Assembly (NCBI GenBank): GCA_031414955.1
Contig: JANOQV010000184.1
Location: forward strand, 1-64,000
Direction of reading: 5' to 3'
Length of the DNA: 64,000 nt
Origin: Pedosphaera sp.
GTDB lineage: Bacteria; Verrucomicrobiota; Verrucomicrobiia; Limisphaerales; SIBH01
A program made the translations under genes and the position numbers. Below, one piece after another: positions 37,438 through 46,123 of the stretch. Positions within the stretch are counted from its first letter, which is position 1, and the number at the start of each line of letters is the position of its first letter. The notes beneath the pieces were generated by a model. It did no database searches, was not told the DNA's origin, and saw nothing but the letters and a program-made list of their open reading frames with translations.

Positions 37438-39662
37438 AAATGAAACCATCCTTTGCCATCAGCACGTCGCTGATCGCCTTTCTTGCAACCGCCTGGCTGG
37501 CGCCGGCGCAGACCACCGGGGAGCACAAGTCCGCCGGCAAGGAAGTGGCGAAGCAGGCCGTGGGTGACTGGGCGGACGCGCGCTGGAACCAGACGATGGT
37601 CGGGCCGTTCCTCGCCTCGAATCTGCAGACGCCCGGCGGCACGGTGGCGAAGGCGCTGTCCATTCGCGTCGGCAATGATGGCGAGGCGACGGTGTGCTAC
37701 GACACCGGCAAGCCGGGGCTGCGCGCGGCGTGGGAGGGTGGCTTCCTCAAGTTCGACGGGCGGCGCTTCGGCTTGCTCTACGCGCCGGCGGCGGCGGGCG
37801 AGTGGGCTTTCGCTTTCGCCGGCGGCTGGCTGGGAGCGCAAGCGCGACATGAGTCCATTCAGGCAAGCGGCAAGCGGGTGGTGTTGAGCACGCGCGTGGG
37901 AGTGACGGCGGTGCAGGAATCGCCGTGGTTCGAGCGCGCGAACGGGCTGGGGATATTTTCCCGAACCTTTGAAGTCGCCCCAGGGGAGTCCGCGCTCATG
38001 CACGCGGTCGCCCTTGAATCCAAGGTTCCAGACTGGTGGATCGAACGACGTGATCGTGTGGTCGTGTTGCACGGGAAGGACGGCGCGGTGACAGCGCTCG
38101 CCCTGGCCGGGAAGTCCGACGCCCGGCTGAACGCCGGCGGTAACGACGTGACCCTGACCTTCCCGGCCCGGCCGGAGCCGGTGCGCGTGAAACTGCTGAT
38201 CTGGCCGGGCACGAAGGACAGGCTGGGTGAGTTCGAGCAGTTCGCGTCTTCCGCCACCGGACCCGAAAACCTGACTGAATTCGCCAAACCCGCCCCTGGC
38301 CGCTGGCCCGCCATCACCAATGTCGGCCAGATTGGTTTCGCCAACGACGGCTTCGCGGTGGACACCATCACGGTGCCCTACGCGAATCCTTGGAAGGCGC
38401 TGTTCTTTTGCTCGGGCGTGGGCTTCTTCAGCGACGGCTCGGCGGCGGTCAGCACGATTCATGGCGACGTATGGAAGGTCAGCGGCATCGACGACAAACT
38501 GCGCGCCGTGACGTGGCGGCGCTTTGCCACCGGACTCTTTCAACCGCTCGGCCTGCAGGTGGTGAATGACCGGGTGCATGTGCTGGGGCGCGATCAAATC
38601 ACCGTGTTGCACGACGAGAACGGCGACGGCGAAGCGGATCGCTACGAGAACTTCAGCAACCTGCTCGACACCTCGACCGGCGGTCACGACTACGTGACGA
38701 GCCTGGAGCGCGACGCGGCGGGGAATTTCTACTACATCGATCCCCAGGGCGTGCAGCGCATCTCGCCCGACGGGAAGACGAAGACCACGCTCGCGACCGG
38801 CCTGCGCAATCCAAACGGGATGGGCGTCGGCCCGAGCGCGAATCCCGTCATCACTGCCGCGCCGCAGCAGGGCGAGTGGACGCCGTCGTCGGTCATCTTC
38901 GAGGTGGTGAAGCCGGGCGCGCACTTCGGGTATCGCGGGCCGCAGGTGACGCCGGAGCGCCCACTCGGCTACGACGCGCCGCTCTGTTGGTTGCCGCACG
39001 CCTTCGATAATTCGAGCGGCAGCCAGGTGTGGGTGCCGGAAGGGAAATGGGGTGCGCTCGGTGGTCACATGCTGCACCTGCTCTGGGGCCGTTGCGCGAT
39101 GGCGCTGGTCTTGCGCGATGTGATCGATGGCCAACCGCAAGGCGCAGCGGTGGCGCTGCCGGGGAAATTTCTCTCCGGCCCGATGCGCGGAACTTTCTCA
39201 CCCAAGGACGGTCACCTCTACATTGCGGGCAGCACGGGTTGGCAGACGAGCGCGGCGAAGGACGGCAGTCTCCAACGCGTGCGCCGCACCGGGACAGTCA
39301 CGCGCACGCCGATCGCCTGGCACGCGCATCGCAACGGTTTGAAGCTCACCTTCGCCGAGCCGCTCGACAAAGCCGCCGCCGAGGACGCGGGCAGTTACGC
39401 GATTCAGCAATGGAACTACCGCTATGCCGCCCGTTACGGCTCGAAGGATTACTCCGTCGCCGATCCAGACAAGGAAGGCCGCGACGAGGTGGTGGTGCGT
39501 TCCGCGAAAGTTTTGCCCGACGGCAAGAGTGTTTTCATTCAGACCGATGAGCTGAAGCCGGTCATGCAGATGGAGGTGCGTTACAATCTGCCGTTCGCCA
39601 GCGGCGCATCGGCGGCGGGACCGCTCTACCTGACCTTAAACAAATTTGATGCCCCGTTTTGA
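37434..39662 (+). CDS. Secreted PVC-type beta-propeller protein (DUF6797-like N-terminus, sugar-dehydrogenase-like propeller)
   Basis: Signal peptide; GDVW.V, RRFATGLFQPLGL, DENGDGEAD, ATGLRNPNG, QGEWTP, DNSSG; no CxxCH motif. Confidence 0.7.
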   Translation: MKMKPSFAISTSLIAFLATAWLAPAQTTGEHKSAGKEVAKQAVGDWADARWNQTMVGPFLASNLQTPGGTVAKALSIRVGNDGEATVCYDTGKPGLRAAWEGGFLKFDGRRFGLLYAPAAAGEWAFAFAGGWLGAQARHESIQASGKRVVLSTRVGVTAVQESPWFERANGLGIFSRTFEVAPGESALMHAVALESKVPDWWIERRDRVVVLHGKDGAVTALALAGKSDARLNAGGNDVTLTFPARPEPVRVKLLIWPGTKDRLGEFEQFASSATGPENLTEFAKPAPGRWPAITNVGQIGFANDGFAVDTITVPYANPWKALFFCSGVGFFSDGSAAVSTIHGDVWKVSGIDDKLRAVTWRRFATGLFQPLGLQVVNDRVHVLGRDQITVLHDENGDGEADRYENFSNLLDTSTGGHDYVTSLERDAAGNFYYIDPQGVQRISPDGKTKTTLATGLRNPNGMGVGPSANPVITAAPQQGEWTPSSVIFEVVKPGAHFGYRGPQVTPERPLGYDAPLCWLPHAFDNSSGSQVWVPEGKWGALGGHMLHLLWGRCAMALVLRDVIDGQPQGAAVALPGKFLSGPMRGTFSPKDGHLYIAGSTGWQTSAAKDGSLQRVRRTGTVTRTPIAWHAHRNGLKLTFAEPLDKAAAEDAGSYAIQQWNYRYAARYGSKDYSVADPDKEGRDEVVVRSAKVLPDGKSVFIQTDELKPVMQMEVRYNLPFASGASAAGPLYLTLNKFDAPF

Positions 39663-39724
39663 CTCACTGATTACTGATCACCGTTTACTGACTCACTAAC
39701 CAACCAACCAACTACGAACCAAGA

Positions 39725-40633
39725 ATGAAACACATCTGGCAAGGCGTTTTCCCCGCCATCACGACTCAAATGCACAAGGACGGCTCGCTCGATCTCGACG
39801 CGACCGCCACCCACGTCGAGGCACTGATCAAGTCCGGCATCAACGGCCTGATCTTCCTCGGCTCGCTCGGCGAGAACCAGCCCATGACCGGCGACGAAAA
39901 GCGCCGAGTAATGGCCGCGATGATTGAAGTCGTGAACGGACGCATCCCCGTCTTGAGCGGCGTGGCCGAGACGAGCACGGCAGAAGCCGTGCGCTACACC
40001 CGCGACGTGGAGAAACTCGGCGCGGACGGCGTGATGCTCATGCCCGCGATGCTTTACAAAGGCGACCCGGACGAAACGCTCGCGCACTTCCGCACCGTGG
40101 CCAAGAGCACCGGCTTGCCGATCATGATTTACAACAACCCGCTCAGCTACGCGAACGACATCACGCCCGAGCTGTTCGCGAAGCTGGCGAACCAGAAGAA
40201 CTTTGTCGCCCTCAAGGAAAGCTCCGGCGACGTGCGCCGCATCACCGACTTGCACAACACCGTCGGTGACCGTTACGCCATCTTCACCGGCGTGGACAAC
40301 CTCTGCCTCGAAGCCAGCATCCTCGGTATCGACGGCTGGGTCGCCGGCAGCGGCATCGCCTTCCCGGCGGAGAACCAATACTTCTGGGAACTCACGCGCG
40401 CCGGCAAGTGGGACGAAGCCCGCGCGATTTACCGCTGGTTCACGCCGCTGCTGCACCTCGATGTCAGCACCAAGTTCGTGCAATACATCAAGCTGGCCGT
40501 GCAAGAAGCCGGCCTCGGCAAAGAATGGGTGCGCTCGCCGCGCCTCGTGTTGAAAGGCGAAGAGCGCAAGCGCGTGTTGAAGATCATCCACGACGGCATC
40601 GCCAAGCGGCCGAAGGTTCCGAAGCGGAAGTGA
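39725..40633 (+). CDS. DHDPS-family protein, probable 1-pyrroline-4-hydroxy-2-carboxylate deaminase (LhpC-like)
   Basis: GVFPAITT, GSLGE (not GTTGE), YNNP, KESSGD; context of Hyp epimerase and D-amino acid dehydrogenase. Confidence 0.85.
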   Translation: MKHIWQGVFPAITTQMHKDGSLDLDATATHVEALIKSGINGLIFLGSLGENQPMTGDEKRRVMAAMIEVVNGRIPVLSGVAETSTAEAVRYTRDVEKLGADGVMLMPAMLYKGDPDETLAHFRTVAKSTGLPIMIYNNPLSYANDITPELFAKLANQKNFVALKESSGDVRRITDLHNTVGDRYAIFTGVDNLCLEASILGIDGWVAGSGIAFPAENQYFWELTRAGKWDEARAIYRWFTPLLHLDVSTKFVQYIKLAVQEAGLGKEWVRSPRLVLKGEERKRVLKIIHDGIAKRPKVPKRK

Positions 40634-40667
40634 GCGCAAAGGGAAACAAGGAATCATGAATGCCAAC

Positions 40668-41375
40668 GCCGGAAGCCCGGAGGGCTTCCATGTGAATAGC
40701 CCCCGGTGCAACCGGGGGCTACGAGGCGAATGATGACGCAACCCCGGAGGGGTTGAACCCAACGACAAACTAACGCTGACGAACTACCAAGCCCGCCATG
40801 TCATCGTACACACAAATCCTCTACCACATCGTCTTCGCGACGAAGGGGCGGCGGCGTGTTCTGGACAAAGCCCGACGTGACGATCTGTTCCGCTACCTCT
40901 GGGGCGTGGTGAAAAACCACGACTCGCATCTCTACCGCATTGGTGGTGTGGAAGATCACGTTCACATCCTCTCCTCGCTTCATCCAACGGTCGCACTCGC
41001 GGATTTTGTCAAAGACCTCAAAGTGGCCTCCTCAAAGTGGATCAAAGATGAGCGCGTGTTCCCAGAGTTCGAGGCCTGGCAGGAGGGTTATGCCGCGCTA
41101 ACGTGTTCGTGGGCGGAACGAGACGGATTGATCGAATACATCAAAGGGCAGGAGGAGCATCATCGCACTGTGCCGTTTCTGGATGAGTATCGGGAAATGT
41201 TGCGCACGGCCGGGGTGGAATTGGACGGAAGGTTTTTGCCATGAGAACGATTCGACGCAGGTTTCAACGGCGGACAGGATCGGGTTCAACCCCTCCGGGG
41301 TTGATTCCTTCTTTCACACGGTCACCCCCGGTTACACCGAGGGCTATTCATGTTGAAGCCCTCCGGGCTTCTGGC
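40668..41375. mobile_element. IS200-like / REPtron element: tnpA between two inverted ~93-bp palindromic arms
   Basis: Left arm 40668-40760 and right arm 41282-41375 are near reverse complements (gaagcccggagggcttc...caaccccggaggggttgaaccc). Confidence 0.8.
40798..41244 (+). CDS. tnpA: IS200/IS605 family HUH (Y1) transposase, RAYT-like; no tnpB
   Basis: YHIVFATK.R, HUH motif DHVH, WQEGY, catalytic YIKGQEEHH. Confidence 0.93.
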   Translation: MSSYTQILYHIVFATKGRRRVLDKARRDDLFRYLWGVVKNHDSHLYRIGGVEDHVHILSSLHPTVALADFVKDLKVASSKWIKDERVFPEFEAWQEGYAALTCSWAERDGLIEYIKGQEEHHRTVPFLDEYREMLRTAGVELDGRFLP

Positions 41376-41384
41376 GGCAGCACA

Positions 41385-42776
41385 TTGATCCCAACGGATA
41401 TTTGCCATTGTATCTCTGCCTCTCTGCGCCTCTGCGTCTCTGCGCTTATTCTTCTCGTCACTTGCACGGGGTTTTCTGCGGAACGCGTCGGCCCCGTGCC
41501 CGATTCACTCCGGCGAGACGCCAAACTTGCCGCGTTCTACCAAAAGCACATCGACCTCGACGGCTTCCCCGTCCTCGGCTCCTCGAATGTCTCCGATTAT
41601 GCGATGCTGGAGTCGGCGTGGGTCATTCGCCAGATGCTCACGAATCGCGCGGATATTCTCCGCGCGCTCGCCACGAACGGCGCGCGGCTCGTCGTCATGG
41701 CGCACAACGAATACACGACCGACATCCCGGAACAGGCCAACATGACGCCGAAGGTGTATTGGGACCGCCGCGCGCGCGGATTGGGCGGACGAATTGCGAG
41801 TTGCGCGGAGGAGAACATGCTGTCCTTCTCCGGCGATCCGTATTCGACCGAGAACATTTTGGTGCATGAATTCTCGCACGTCATTCACGGCGTGGCCTTG
41901 CGCGCCTTGGACAAGACGTTTGATCGCCGGCTGCGCGAGGCGTTCAGGAGCGCGACCAACAGCGGCAAGTGGAAAGGAACTTACGCCGCCACCAATCCCG
42001 GGGAGTATTGGGCCGAGGGCGTGCAGAGTTGGTTCGACAACAACCGCCAGAACGACGCGCTGCACAACCATGTGGATACGCGCCCGGAACTGAAAGAATA
42101 CGATCCCGCGCTCGCTGCGCTGTGCGCCGAGGTGTTCGGCGAAATTCCCTGGCGTTACCAGAAGCCCGCCGCGCGGGCTGCGGCCGGTCGCGCGCATCTC
42201 GCCGGCTACGACGCCAGCAAGGCGCCACGGTTCCAGTGGCGTACGCCGCCGGTCTCGGAGAAGCCGCGCGTCTCCATCGAGACCGCGCTGGGCGTGATCG
42301 AGGTCGAACTGGATGCGAAAGCCGCGCCGCACACGGTCACAAATTTTCTGCGCTACGTGCAGGCCGGCCTCTACAACGACGGTGAGTTTCATCGCACGGT
42401 CACGGCGACGAACCAGCCGACGAACGCGTTGAAGATTGCCGTGATTCAAGCCTCGGCAAATCCCGCGAAGACGAACGAGTTCTTCCCGCCCATCCTGATC
42501 GAACGCACGCGCGACACCGGCCTGAAACATCGCGAAGGCACCATCTCCATGGCCCGCGCGGAACCCAACAGCGCACAGGATCATTTCTTCATCTGCTTCG
42601 GCGACCAGCCGGAACTGGACTTCGGGGGCCAACGCAATCCCGACGGTCAGGGCTTCGCGGCCTTCGGCAAAGTGGTGAAAGGCATGGACGTGGTGCGGAA
42701 GATTCACGCCGCGCCGGCAGATGTGCAATCGCTCAAGCCTGCGGTGAGGATTCAACGAGCACTGCGGACTAACTGA
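41385..42776 (+). CDS. Zincin-like metallopeptidase fused to a cyclophilin-type PPIase (start uncertain: 41241 or 41385)
   Basis: RARGLGG, EENML, HEFSH, YAATNPGEYWAE; then AP.TVTNFLRYV, FHR, VIQ, GTISMAR, FFI, FAAFGKVVKGMDVV. Confidence 0.85.
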   Translation: MIPTDICHCISASLRLCVSALILLVTCTGFSAERVGPVPDSLRRDAKLAAFYQKHIDLDGFPVLGSSNVSDYAMLESAWVIRQMLTNRADILRALATNGARLVVMAHNEYTTDIPEQANMTPKVYWDRRARGLGGRIASCAEENMLSFSGDPYSTENILVHEFSHVIHGVALRALDKTFDRRLREAFRSATNSGKWKGTYAATNPGEYWAEGVQSWFDNNRQNDALHNHVDTRPELKEYDPALAALCAEVFGEIPWRYQKPAARAAAGRAHLAGYDASKAPRFQWRTPPVSEKPRVSIETALGVIEVELDAKAAPHTVTNFLRYVQAGLYNDGEFHRTVTATNQPTNALKIAVIQASANPAKTNEFFPPILIERTRDTGLKHREGTISMARAEPNSAQDHFFICFGDQPELDFGGQRNPDGQGFAAFGKVVKGMDVVRKIHAAPADVQSLKPAVRIQRALRTN

Positions 42777-42782
42777 TATTTC

Positions 42783-43703
42783 ATGAGACGTATCCAAATC
42801 ATTGATTCCCACACCGGCGGCGAACCGACGCGCGTCGTCATCAGCGGCGGGCCAGACTTGGGCAACGGCCCCATCGCTGAGCGCGTGCAGTTGTTCCGCG
42901 AGAAACACGACCTCTTTCGCTCGGCCATCGTGAATGAGCCGCGCGGCTCGGATGTGATCGTCGGCGCGCTGCTGGTTCCTCCGACTGACGCTTCGTGCGT
43001 CACGGGCGTCATCTTCTTCAACAACGTCGGGCCGCTGCAAATGTGCGGGCACGGGAGCATCGGACTGGTGGTCACGCTCGCGCATCTCGGACGAATCAAA
43101 CCGGGCGCGCATCGCATCGAGACGTGCGTGGGCGTGGTCACGGCCACGTTGCATGATGACGGCTCGGTGTCCGTCGAGAATGTGCCGAGCTATCGCAAGG
43201 CCAAGGGTGTGAATGTGGACGTGCCTGGCGTCGGCAAAATCACCGGTGACTTGGCGTGGGGCGGCAACTGGTTCTTCCTCGTCGAGCAACACGGCCAGTC
43301 GTTGGCGTTGAGCAATGTCGAGAAGCTCACGGAACTCTCGTGGGCGATTCGTCAGGCGGTGAATGCGCAGGGCTATCCCGAAGTGGATCACGTCGAGTTG
43401 TTCGGCCCGCCGCAGTTGCCCGGCGGGCACTCGCGCAACTTCGTCCTCTGTCCCGGCAAGGCCTACGACCGTTCGCCGTGCGGCACCGGCACCAGCGCGA
43501 AGCTCGCGTGTCTCGCCGCCGACGGAAAACTCGCTGAGGATGAGACGTGGGTGCAGGAGAGCGTCCTCGGCAGCGCCTTCACCGGACGCTTTCGCCGCGC
43601 GGGCGAGCAGATCATTCCCATCATCACCGGCACGGCGTTCGTGAACAGCGAGGCCACGCTGCTGCTTGATGAGAACGATCCTTTCTGCTGGGGCATCCAC
43701 TGA
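42783..43703 (+). CDS. 4-hydroxyproline 2-epimerase (proline racemase family, LhpA-like)
   Basis: [14 protein letters not shown], Cys-Cys dyad MCGHG and [14 protein letters not shown]. Confidence 0.92.
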   Translation: MRRIQIIDSHTGGEPTRVVISGGPDLGNGPIAERVQLFREKHDLFRSAIVNEPRGSDVIVGALLVPPTDASCVTGVIFFNNVGPLQMCGHGSIGLVVTLAHLGRIKPGAHRIETCVGVVTATLHDDGSVSVENVPSYRKAKGVNVDVPGVGKITGDLAWGGNWFFLVEQHGQSLALSNVEKLTELSWAIRQAVNAQGYPEVDHVELFGPPQLPGGHSRNFVLCPGKAYDRSPCGTGTSAKLACLAADGKLAEDETWVQESVLGSAFTGRFRRAGEQIIPIITGTAFVNSEATLLLDENDPFCWGIH

Positions 43704-43705
43704 GT

Positions 43706-43796
43706 CACGGAAGACGCTGAACCTGAATAGAAAACACTTATGCGAAACAACTGCCGACTCCTCCTGCTTTCGAGTCTTCTGTGTCTTCCGTGGTTC
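43706..43796. repeat. Nonamer-type inverted repeat overlapping the sulfatase start and signal peptide
   Basis: cacggaagac (~43707) pairs with gtcttccgtg (~43784). Confidence 0.55.
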
Positions 43797-45155
43797 CTCT
43801 CCGCCGCCACGCCCAACATTGTCATCATCCTCGCGGACGACCTCGGCTACGGCGATCTGGGTTGCTACGGCAGTCCGAACATCCGCACGCCGAATCTGGA
43901 TCGCATGGCGGCGGAGGGGATGCGCTTCACGCAGTTTTTTTCCGCAGCGGAAGTCTGCACGCCCAGCCGTGCGGCGCTGCTCACGGGGCGCTATCCGATT
44001 CGGAGCGGCATGTGCCACGACCAGTTCCGCGTCATCCGCAACATCTCCACGGGAGGTTTGCCGGCGGAAGAAATCACGCTGCCCGAGGCGCTCAAGGCGC
44101 GAGGCTACGCCACGGCCGCCATTGGCAAATGGCATCTCGGAAACTGGGCCATCAACCCGGCGTATCATCCGCGCAAGCATGGCTTTGATTATTACTTCGG
44201 CCTGCCGCACTCGAACGACATGAACCCGACCAACGCGCCGCCGGCCGCAACCTCGCGTCTCGACCAGAATCCGGCGTGGTGGAACGCACCTCTCTATCGC
44301 AACGAGGAACTCATCGAGCGCCCGACCGACCAGACGCAGCTGACGCGGCGTTATACCGAGGAGGCGGTAAAATTCATTGGGGAGAACAAAACCAAACCGT
44401 TCTTTCTCTACCTGCCGCACAGTTTTCCGCACGTCCCGCTTTTTGCTTCGGAAAAGTTCCGCGGCAAGAGTCCGCGCGGACTCTACGGCCACGTGGTGGA
44501 GGAACTCGACTGGAGCGTGGGCGAAGTGCTCCAGGCGCTGCGAGCCAGCGGCATCGCCAGCAACACGCTGGTCTTCTTCACCAGCGACAACGGGCCGTGG
44601 CTCATCATGCGCGAGGCAGGCGGATCGGCGGGGCCGTTGCGCGATGGCAAGGGTTCAACCTGGGACGGCGGCATGAGGGTGCCGGGCCTGGCCTGGATGC
44701 CGGGCCGCATCGCCGCCGGCCAGGTGCAGCGGGAGTTCGCCTGCATGATGGATCTGTTCACCACGTCGGTGAAACTGGCCGGGGCGGACCAGCCGGCGGA
44801 CCGGGCCATCGACGGCGCGGACATCGCGCCGCTGTTATTTGGTCCGGGCACAATGAAACGCGAGGAACCATTCATCTTCTATCGCGGCATGACGCTTTAT
44901 GCAGTGCGCCTGGGGGACTGGAAGGCAAACTTCATCACCCGCACCGGCTACGGTCCCGAGAAGCCGCAGACCAATTCGCCGCCGCTCCTCTTCAACGTGA
45001 CGCAGGACGAAGGGGAGCGTTTCAATGTGGCGAGCAATCATGTGGAGGTCATCGCGCAGATCGAACAGGCGGTGGAGAATCATCGCGCGACAATTGTGCC
45101 GGTAAAAAATCAACTGGCGGATCCGCCCGCGCCGGTGGCGAGGAAGCAGCCATGA
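43740..45155 (+). CDS. Formylglycine-dependent sulfatase (S1), secreted
   Basis: PNIVIILADDLG, CTPSRAALLTGR, GKWHLG, PHVP, TSDNG, GGMRVP. Confidence 0.95.
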   Translation: MRNNCRLLLLSSLLCLPWFLSAATPNIVIILADDLGYGDLGCYGSPNIRTPNLDRMAAEGMRFTQFFSAAEVCTPSRAALLTGRYPIRSGMCHDQFRVIRNISTGGLPAEEITLPEALKARGYATAAIGKWHLGNWAINPAYHPRKHGFDYYFGLPHSNDMNPTNAPPAATSRLDQNPAWWNAPLYRNEELIERPTDQTQLTRRYTEEAVKFIGENKTKPFFLYLPHSFPHVPLFASEKFRGKSPRGLYGHVVEELDWSVGEVLQALRASGIASNTLVFFTSDNGPWLIMREAGGSAGPLRDGKGSTWDGGMRVPGLAWMPGRIAAGQVQREFACMMDLFTTSVKLAGADQPADRAIDGADIAPLLFGPGTMKREEPFIFYRGMTLYAVRLGDWKANFITRTGYGPEKPQTNSPPLLFNVTQDEGERFNVASNHVEVIAQIEQAVENHRATIVPVKNQLADPPAPVARKQP

Positions 45156-46123
45156 TGATCCAAGATCCAAGATCCAAGATCCAGAGAAGCTCCAAGCTCC
45201 AAGCTCCAACCCTGGGCGGGCGCTCCCGGAAGTTTTGGCGCCTGGTGTTTGGTGTTTGGATCTTCTCTGGATCTTGGATCTTGGATCTTGGTGCTTATGC
45301 CGCCGATCCTGCCGAGCGTGCCACCAACGACTTCGTGTTCATTGACAACAGCGAACTGCGCCTGGGTGTGAAGAAATCTTCGGGTGCCGGGATTGCATAT
45401 CTCGCGTTAAGTGGCACCGGCGAGAACGTCATCAACCACTGGGATCGCGGACGGCTGGTGCAACAGTCGTACTACGGCGCGAAGGACGATTCCCTCTGGA
45501 ACAAGCAGCCGTGGCGTTGGAACCCGGTGCAGGGCGGCGACTGGCAGGGCAATCCGGCGCGGGTGCTGGAGTTCAACGCGAAGCGCGATTCGCTCTACGC
45601 GAAGTCGATGGGCAAGCACTGGGCCTCGGGCGCGGATTTACCGGAAGTGATTTTTGAGGAATGGATTTCGCTCACCGGCCAGGTCGCCCATGTGAAGTTC
45701 CGCATGACTTACACCGGCACCAACTCCCACCCGAAAGTTCCGCACGAGCTGCCGGCCGTGTTCATCGAACCACAGTTCGACACGCTACTGGTTTATCAAG
45801 GCACGAATGTCTGGAGCGGCGAGACGGTGCACCGCTCAAAGCCCGGTTGGCCGAACGAGTCACGCAAGATGACCGAGCACTGGGCGGCTTACGTGAACAC
45901 CAACGACTTCGGCGTGGGCGCGCTGGTGCCAGTCGCGGATACGCTGACGTGCTACCGGTTCGGTGACGGCCAGCGCGAGCACGGCTCGTGCTCCTACTTT
46001 GCGCCCGTCAAGAGCTTCGCCATCACACCGGGAATGAAGTTCGAGTATGACGTGTGGCTGACCATTGGCTCGGCGGACGCCATTCGCGCGCGGTTTTCCG
46101 CAATCCATTCCGCGCTCAAATGA
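45152..46123 (+). CDS. Hypothetical secreted beta-rich protein
   Basis: NVINHWDRGRLVQQSYYG, WRWNPVQGGD, HELPAVF; start and stop overlap both neighbours; N-terminus encoded by a heptamer repeat. Confidence 0.75.
   Translation: MMIQDPRSKIQRSSKLQAPTLGGRSRKFWRLVFGVWIFSGSWILDLGAYAADPAERATNDFVFIDNSELRLGVKKSSGAGIAYLALSGTGENVINHWDRGRLVQQSYYGAKDDSLWNKQPWRWNPVQGGDWQGNPARVLEFNAKRDSLYAKSMGKHWASGADLPEVIFEEWISLTGQVAHVKFRMTYTGTNSHPKVPHELPAVFIEPQFDTLLVYQGTNVWSGETVHRSKPGWPNESRKMTEHWAAYVNTNDFGVGALVPVADTLTCYRFGDGQREHGSCSYFAPVKSFAITPGMKFEYDVWLTIGSADAIRARFSAIHSALK
45157..45294. repeat. Heptamer inverted-repeat element
   Basis: (gatccaa)3 gatccag agaa (gctccaa)3, spacer, then ctggtgt ttggtgt ttggatc ttct ctggatc (ttggatc)2 ttggtgc. 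Confidence 0.85.

Noticed and set aside
39725..40633. Annotation as lysine-biosynthetic dapA
   Set aside because: GSLGE instead of GTTGE and the hydroxyproline gene context favour a catabolic deaminase
41505..44492. 995-aa minus-strand ORF
   Set aside because: Antisense shadow of three well-supported plus-strand genes; high GC3 suppresses stops; no motifs
44276..45151. N-terminal extension of the 44276-46123 ORF
   Set aside because: Alternative frame of the sulfatase; the plausible start is the ATG at 45152
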